DNA of 64,000 nucleotides from an uncultured Roseburia sp. GTDB lineage: Bacteria > Bacillota > Clostridia > Lachnospirales > Lachnospiraceae. Under the pieces are notes generated by a model. The model made no database searches. It had not been told where the DNA came from and saw only the letters and a program-made list of their open reading frames with translations. The stretch spans positions 8,804 to 72,803 of the forward strand of contig CAKQXQ010000009.1 of the NCBI GenBank assembly GCA_934292805.1, read 5' to 3'. Below are positions 59,638-64,000 of the stretch, piece after piece (position 1 is the first letter of the stretch; every line of letters starts with the position of its first letter). The position numbers were made by a program, and so were the translations under genes.

Positions 59638-61422
59638 TTAGTTCATGTAAGCACCTTTCATTGAGCTTACTGCATGCTGAGCATATAATTTCAGAAGACC
59701 TTTCTTGTATTTACTCTCAAAACCTTTCCAATTGGCCTTTCTTTGCTCTAAAACTGCCTCTATCTCTTCCGGTGTTTTTCTCTCTCCATGGATACCGACA
59801 ATCGAAATCTTTCTATTATCAACATCAATTTCAATCAGATCACCTTCTTCAACGAACGCGATCGGGCCACCTGCAGCTGCTTCCGGTGATACATGTCCGA
59901 TAACCGGTCCTCTTGATGCTCCTGAAAATCTTCCATCTGTAATAAGTGCAACACTGGATGCAAGCTTTGGATCAGCACAGATTGCTTCTCCTGTATAGAA
60001 CATCTCCGGCATTCCGCTTCCTCTAGGTCCTTCATATCGAATGAAGATGGCATCTCCCGGTTTTACCTTCCCGTGAAGAACCGCATCGATGCATTCTTCT
60101 TCACTGTCAAACGGTCTTGCATGAAGAACTGCTTTGAACATATTTTTCGGGCACGCTGTATGTTTGATCACACAGCCTTCCGGTGCGAGATTCCCTTTTA
60201 AAATTGCAATACTTCCGCCTGTTCCTTTTGCGTTTTCAAAAGAGTGAATGATCTCTTCTCTGTCGATGTCTCTTCCGAACAATTTTGATTTTTCACGGAG
60301 TATCTCATCACAATGATCATAAAAACCATTTTTCTTAAGTTCTTCCAGGTTTTCTCCCAGAGTCTTTCCGGTAACAGTCATTACATCAAGATGAAGCATG
60401 CTCTTTATTTCTTCCATTACACGTGGAACACCACCTGCATAATAGAAATACTGTGCCGGCCAGTCTCCTGATGGGCGGATATTTAACAGATAATGTGCAC
60501 CTCTATGTAAACGGTCAAAAGTCTCTGCGTCGATTTCAAATCCGAATTCGTGAGCGATCGCCGGGATATGCATAGTCGCATTTGTGGAACCTGATATTGC
60601 GGCATGAACCATGATCGCATTTTCAAAGCTCTCCTTTGTCACGATGTCTGATGCTTTTATTCCTTTTGAAATCAAATCCATTAACTGTTTTCCGGCATTA
60701 TATGCAGCTTCTTTTAACTCCGGTGCTGTCGATGGCATTAATGCTGTTCCAGGAAGCATAAGTCCGAGTGCTTCTGCCATGATCTGCATAGTTGACGCAG
60801 TTCCCATAAATGAGCAGGCTCCGCAGCTTGGACATGCATGCTGTTTATAATAATCAAGCTGTTCATTTGGGATAACTCCTGTCTTTTCCCATGCATCAAA
60901 CTTTCCGATCTGTTCTAATGTCAGTAATTCATTAATCTTGCAGGCCGGATCATCAACAATATATTTTTTCGGTAATTCATGTGCTTCCATAACTCCACCG
61001 GCAACAACGATCGCACTCATATCCTTCAATCGTCCGATACTCATTAACATCGCCGGCATAGATTTGTCACAGCTTGCCACAAATACCCCACCATCAAATA
61101 CGGTAGCGTTCGCCTGTGCCTCTACCAGATTTACAATTGCATCACGGTGTGGCAGAGAATAATTGATTCCATCATGCCCCTGTGCAATTCCATCACACAT
61201 ATCTGTTGCAAAATATCTTGCAGCTTTTCCACCATTTTCATCCACAGCTTTGACTGCTTCTTCCACAAAAATATTTAAATGTGCTGATCCCGGATGACTG
61301 TCTCCATATGAGCTTTCAACCATAACCTGAGGTTTTGATAAATCACATACTTTCCAACCCATTCCCATTCTCAGTGGATCCATCTCCGGTGCAAGTTTTC
61401 TTACTTCTTCACTTCTAAGCAT
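59638..61422 (-). CDS. IlvD/Edd family sugar-acid dehydratase
   Basis: CDKSMPA Fe-S ligand motif and the AISGSTNA region, 594 aa. Its context is sugar-acid catabolism rather than branched-chain amino-acid synthesis. Confidence 0.88.
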   Translation of the reverse strand: MLRSEEVRKLAPEMDPLRMGMGWKVCDLSKPQVMVESSYGDSHPGSAHLNIFVEEAVKAVDENGGKAARYFATDMCDGIAQGHDGINYSLPHRDAIVNLVEAQANATVFDGGVFVASCDKSMPAMLMSIGRLKDMSAIVVAGGVMEAHELPKKYIVDDPACKINELLTLEQIGKFDAWEKTGVIPNEQLDYYKQHACPSCGACSFMGTASTMQIMAEALGLMLPGTALMPSTAPELKEAAYNAGKQLMDLISKGIKASDIVTKESFENAIMVHAAISGSTNATMHIPAIAHEFGFEIDAETFDRLHRGAHYLLNIRPSGDWPAQYFYYAGGVPRVMEEIKSMLHLDVMTVTGKTLGENLEELKKNGFYDHCDEILREKSKLFGRDIDREEIIHSFENAKGTGGSIAILKGNLAPEGCVIKHTACPKNMFKAVLHARPFDSEEECIDAVLHGKVKPGDAIFIRYEGPRGSGMPEMFYTGEAICADPKLASSVALITDGRFSGASRGPVIGHVSPEAAAGGPIAFVEEGDLIEIDVDNRKISIVGIHGERKTPEEIEAVLEQRKANWKGFESKYKKGLLKLYAQHAVSSMKGAYMN

Positions 61423-61462
61423 AATTCTCTCTTCCTTTCCATTTCAAAATTCCTGAAAGTTA

Positions 61463-62830
61463 CTATGAAACTATAAACCAAACAATGGTAGCTCCTGCCA
61501 CGCCAACAAGTCCCACAATAGTTTCCATTGCTGTCCATGTTTTCAGATTTGTCTTTTCGTCAATCTCGAATAACGATTTGGAAAGCCAGAATCCGGAATC
61601 GTTTACATGGCTGAATGCGGTTCCGCCTGCTGCAATTGCAATTGTTATTGTTGCAAGCTGTAACTGTGAGAACCCGGAAACCATCGGCATGGAAGAAATA
61701 ATTCCTGCTGCCATAGTCATCGATACGGTAGCTGAACCAACTGAAATCCTTACAACAGCTGCTACTAAAAATGCGACTAATACCATCGGTAATGGCAGGC
61801 TTCCTACAAGATTTCCGAACAGCTCACCAATTCCTGAATTCTGAAGAATAAACCGAAGCATTCCGCCTCCTGAAATCAGAAGGATAATATTTCCACATGA
61901 ATGCAATGAATTGGTCATAATATTTGTAAGCTCTTTTACATTAAATCCTCCGCGTAATCCCAAAAATATCATTGCACAGATAGTAGAAAGTAAAAGTGCT
62001 ATTACCGGAGTTCCCAGGAATTCCAATAAAGGCTGTGCCGGCTTCATAAACGGAATGATCGAGGATAACGTATTTAAAATAATAAGGAACAATGGAAGTA
62101 AAATAATGCATACAATAAGCCAGAAATTCGGTTTCTTATCTGTAGCTTTCTGCTCTGCTTCCTTCTCATTTTCCAAATAAGACTTTGGTACCGGACAAAA
62201 TATCTTTCCGCCAACAAATCTGGCAAATACCGGTCCTGCTAAGATCATTGCCGGAATTCCGATCACAATTCCAAGCATAATCACATAACTTAATTCTACT
62301 CCGAGCATCTCTGCAACTAATACCGGTCCGGGTGTCGGTGGTACAAATGCATGTCCGATCGCAAGTCCTGCAAGTAATGGGATGGAATAATTAAATACAG
62401 ATTTATTTGTTTTCCTTGCAATTCCAAATGCAACCGGAATTAAGATCAGCAGACCTGATTCAAAAAATACAGGCATTCCGACAATCAATCCTGTAATACC
62501 AAGTGCCCACGGTGCTTTTTTCTCTCCAAATACTTTCAGCAATGTATCTGCAATCACTTCCACACCACCGGACACTTGTAAAATGGCTCCAAACATTGAT
62601 CCTAACCCAATCAGTATGGCAATCGTCTGGAGTGTATTTCCTACACCTTCTGCCAAAGTGTTCGTAATCATTGAAAATGGCATGCCCGATACTAAACCGA
62701 TAATTAACGCCGAAGACATGATCGCAATAAATGGCTGTATTTTAAATTTAATGATCAAAAAAAGTAAAACCGCAAATCCTAATAATGCACCTATGATCAG
62801 TCTTTCTGGCGAAGCTTCAAAATTGTACAT
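61463..62830 (-). CDS. GntP family (gluconate:H+ symporter-type) permease
   Basis: 455 aa and polytopic, with GntP-type repeats. AGGAGG SD. Confidence 0.88.
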   Translation of the reverse strand: MYNFEASPERLIIGALLGFAVLLFLIIKFKIQPFIAIMSSALIIGLVSGMPFSMITNTLAEGVGNTLQTIAILIGLGSMFGAILQVSGGVEVIADTLLKVFGEKKAPWALGITGLIVGMPVFFESGLLILIPVAFGIARKTNKSVFNYSIPLLAGLAIGHAFVPPTPGPVLVAEMLGVELSYVIMLGIVIGIPAMILAGPVFARFVGGKIFCPVPKSYLENEKEAEQKATDKKPNFWLIVCIILLPLFLIILNTLSSIIPFMKPAQPLLEFLGTPVIALLLSTICAMIFLGLRGGFNVKELTNIMTNSLHSCGNIILLISGGGMLRFILQNSGIGELFGNLVGSLPLPMVLVAFLVAAVVRISVGSATVSMTMAAGIISSMPMVSGFSQLQLATITIAIAAGGTAFSHVNDSGFWLSKSLFEIDEKTNLKTWTAMETIVGLVGVAGATIVWFIVS

Positions 62831-62898
62831 TCTCTTACCTCCTGTTTCAGTTCATCAACATGTTTCATATACATCAGACATCTTTCGTATCTAAGTTC

Positions 62899-62927
62899 AG
62901 TATATCTGCCTTTTTTTCACATATCAA
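62899..62927 (-). promoter_or_regulatory. Candidate sigma-A promoter for the gntP-dehydratase-eda-kdgK operon
   Basis: In minus sense: TTGATA (62927-62922), a 17-nt spacer, then TATACT (62904-62899). Confidence 0.5.
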
Positions 62928-62963
62928 GTTGTTTCAAATCTACATCTTTTTTCGATATATTGT

Positions 62964-63005
62964 ATAAAAAAACCAGTCTTACTTGCAATGTAAGGCTGGT
63001 TTTTC
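62964..63005. terminator. Intrinsic terminator after the GntR-family gene; bidirectional in form
   Basis: An 11-bp stem with one mismatch pairs 62972-62982 with 62990-63000. A7 precedes it and T-rich sequence follows. Confidence 0.7.
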
Positions 63006-63058
63006 GTGCATATTATTCAATTTTGAAGTTTTATCATTTTCAAGCTTGTCTGACAACT

Positions 63059-63760
63059 TTATTTCGTATTTGACATTTCGATCAGCGTCTGACGATTATA
63101 AGTAAGATGCATGATCATTGCACATTTTGCTCCCATGCCATCTCCCCTGATAATTGCTTCTGTAATTTTTCTGTGTGTTTCTATTGTTTCTTTCTGTAAT
63201 TTTCGATTGGTCAGATTTGCAAAGGTTGTAATTGCTGTAAGGATAACCGGAATAAGGACTTCTACAACACGATTACCACTGCATTTGGCAATCGCTTCAT
63301 GAAATTCCATATCTTTTTGAATGTGGTTTTTGCCTGCCATATATAACTGCTCTACCTCATCACATAATTCTTTAATCCGTTTCTTATCCTCTTCCGTAGC
63401 GTTCCTGCAGGCAGTTGCCGCCACCTCCGGTTCCAATAGGATTCTGACATCAAACAGTTCCATTGCAAGCCGGTACTTATCCTCAAACTGTGATAATCCT
63501 AATGGATCATCTACAGCTATTTCCTTGCTTTTTACAAAAGTTCCTGCTCCCCGCTTTACATCTAAAATTCCCTTGCTCACAAGGCTTTTTGTAGCCTCCC
63601 GTATCGTACTTCTTCCGACTCCGAACTTCTCTGCCAGTTTGTACTCGCTTGGGAGTTTCGAACCTATTTCAATCTGTTCCTGCTGGATAAACATCATCAG
63701 CTGGTCTTCGATCTGCGGAACCAGCAATTTCTGGTTTACCTTCTCATATTGATATGCCAT
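63059..63760 (-). CDS. GntR family regulator, FadR subfamily (FCD domain)
   Basis: Winged HTH (LPSEYKLAEKFGVGRSTIREATKSL) plus a helical C-terminal domain. The start was trimmed to the ATG at 63760, behind GGAGGA. Confidence 0.88.
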   Translation of the reverse strand: MAYQYEKVNQKLLVPQIEDQLMMFIQQEQIEIGSKLPSEYKLAEKFGVGRSTIREATKSLVSKGILDVKRGAGTFVKSKEIAVDDPLGLSQFEDKYRLAMELFDVRILLEPEVAATACRNATEEDKKRIKELCDEVEQLYMAGKNHIQKDMEFHEAIAKCSGNRVVEVLIPVILTAITTFANLTNRKLQKETIETHRKITEAIIRGDGMGAKCAMIMHLTYNRQTLIEMSNTK

Positions 63761-63811
63761 AATATCCTCCACGCGATGTTGCTTCTCATATTTTATCATA
63801 ACAAAAATTAG

Positions 63812-64000
63812 TTACTTCATAGCTTGTATCCTGTCATTCATTTTTTTTGCCTCCTGCTTATAATAACACATAAACAGAAACCAAATAACAAATGCTACAG
63901 TTACTTGGATAAAACCACATATGATTCCCTCACCAATTGATGCTGAACTTCCAATCCAACCAATAGAATATGCTACGATGGTATAAACTACTAAGCCTGT
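63812..64000 (-). CDS. C-terminal 62 codons of a membrane protein; the gene starts beyond the window end
   Basis: The frame is open from the window edge to the TAA at 63814-63812. The sequence is hydrophobic (…VVYTIVAYSIGWIGSSASIGEGIICGFIQVTVAFVIWFLFMCYY…). It is absent from the ORF track because it is truncated. Confidence 0.4.
   Translation of the reverse strand, partial: TGLVVYTIVAYSIGWIGSSASIGEGIICGFIQVTVAFVIWFLFMCYYKQEAKKMNDRIQAMK

Noticed and set aside
62831-62960. GntR/FadR-type operator (TnGT-N-ACnA dyad) in the gntP promoter region
   Set aside because: The only palindrome is AACATGTT (8 bp) in the leader, which does not fit the family consensus well enough to call.
1-64000. Mobile elements, prophage, defence islands, and tRNA or rRNA genes
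   Set aside because: No integrase, transposase, recombinase, restriction or cas-like ORFs appear in the track. No spacer has tRNA-like conserved arms. The only repeat structures are those reported at 19421-19700 and 43704-43782.

Overview
This 64-kb window is a chromosomal segment from a low-GC Firmicute. Gene content and synteny suggest Clostridia, possibly Lachnospiraceae, but that is inference only. I see no rRNA or tRNA genes, no CRISPR array, and no transposase, integrase or phage genes. About 55 protein genes are packed tightly, and most lie on the minus strand.

In coordinate order the window holds:
- A flavodiiron protein, an ABC-F ATPase, a PrsA-like lipoprotein and Maf.
- AddA and AddB.
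- An AT-rich, divergently oriented pair: an AraC regulator and a GH2 glycosidase.
- tdk, a Na/Pi-PhoU transporter and an RNase HI.
- The conserved block rho-rpmE-DUF1385-prmC-prfA.
- A plus-strand cluster: malic enzyme, a TIGR01212 radical SAM protein, DUF4364 and a flavin reductase.
- ldh, an MBOAT+SGNH pair, folC and degV.
- A transglutaminase-like lipoprotein, an M18 aminopeptidase, a PfkB kinase and CarD.
- The macromolecular-synthesis block dGTPase-dnaG-sigA-trmK.
- An orphan Lon-like AAA+ gene, then clpC, a small gene and radA.
- ppiB, a MerR regulator facing an ADH-ALDH operon, deoD and a MATE pump.
- A GntR-gntP-IlvD/Edd dehydratase-eda-kdgK sugar-acid locus.

Several ORF-track starts were trimmed to the first ATG that has a Shine-Dalgarno element.

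The observations most worth follow-up are:
1. A structured, terminator-containing leader directly upstream of the MATE gene, with an embedded 25-codon Arg-run mini-ORF.
2. A 140-nt three-helix palindromic element abutting the prfA stop codon, partly duplicated in tandem (128-bp period).
3. A protease-less Lon-type AAA+ gene in the position upstream of clpC where ctsR-mcsA-mcsB sit in Bacillus.
4. Several readable operator and promoter architectures: a MerR 19-bp-spacer dyad, phased Pho-box-like hexamers, and tandem palindromes in a transporter leader.

None of these can be called novel without database searches that I cannot run.
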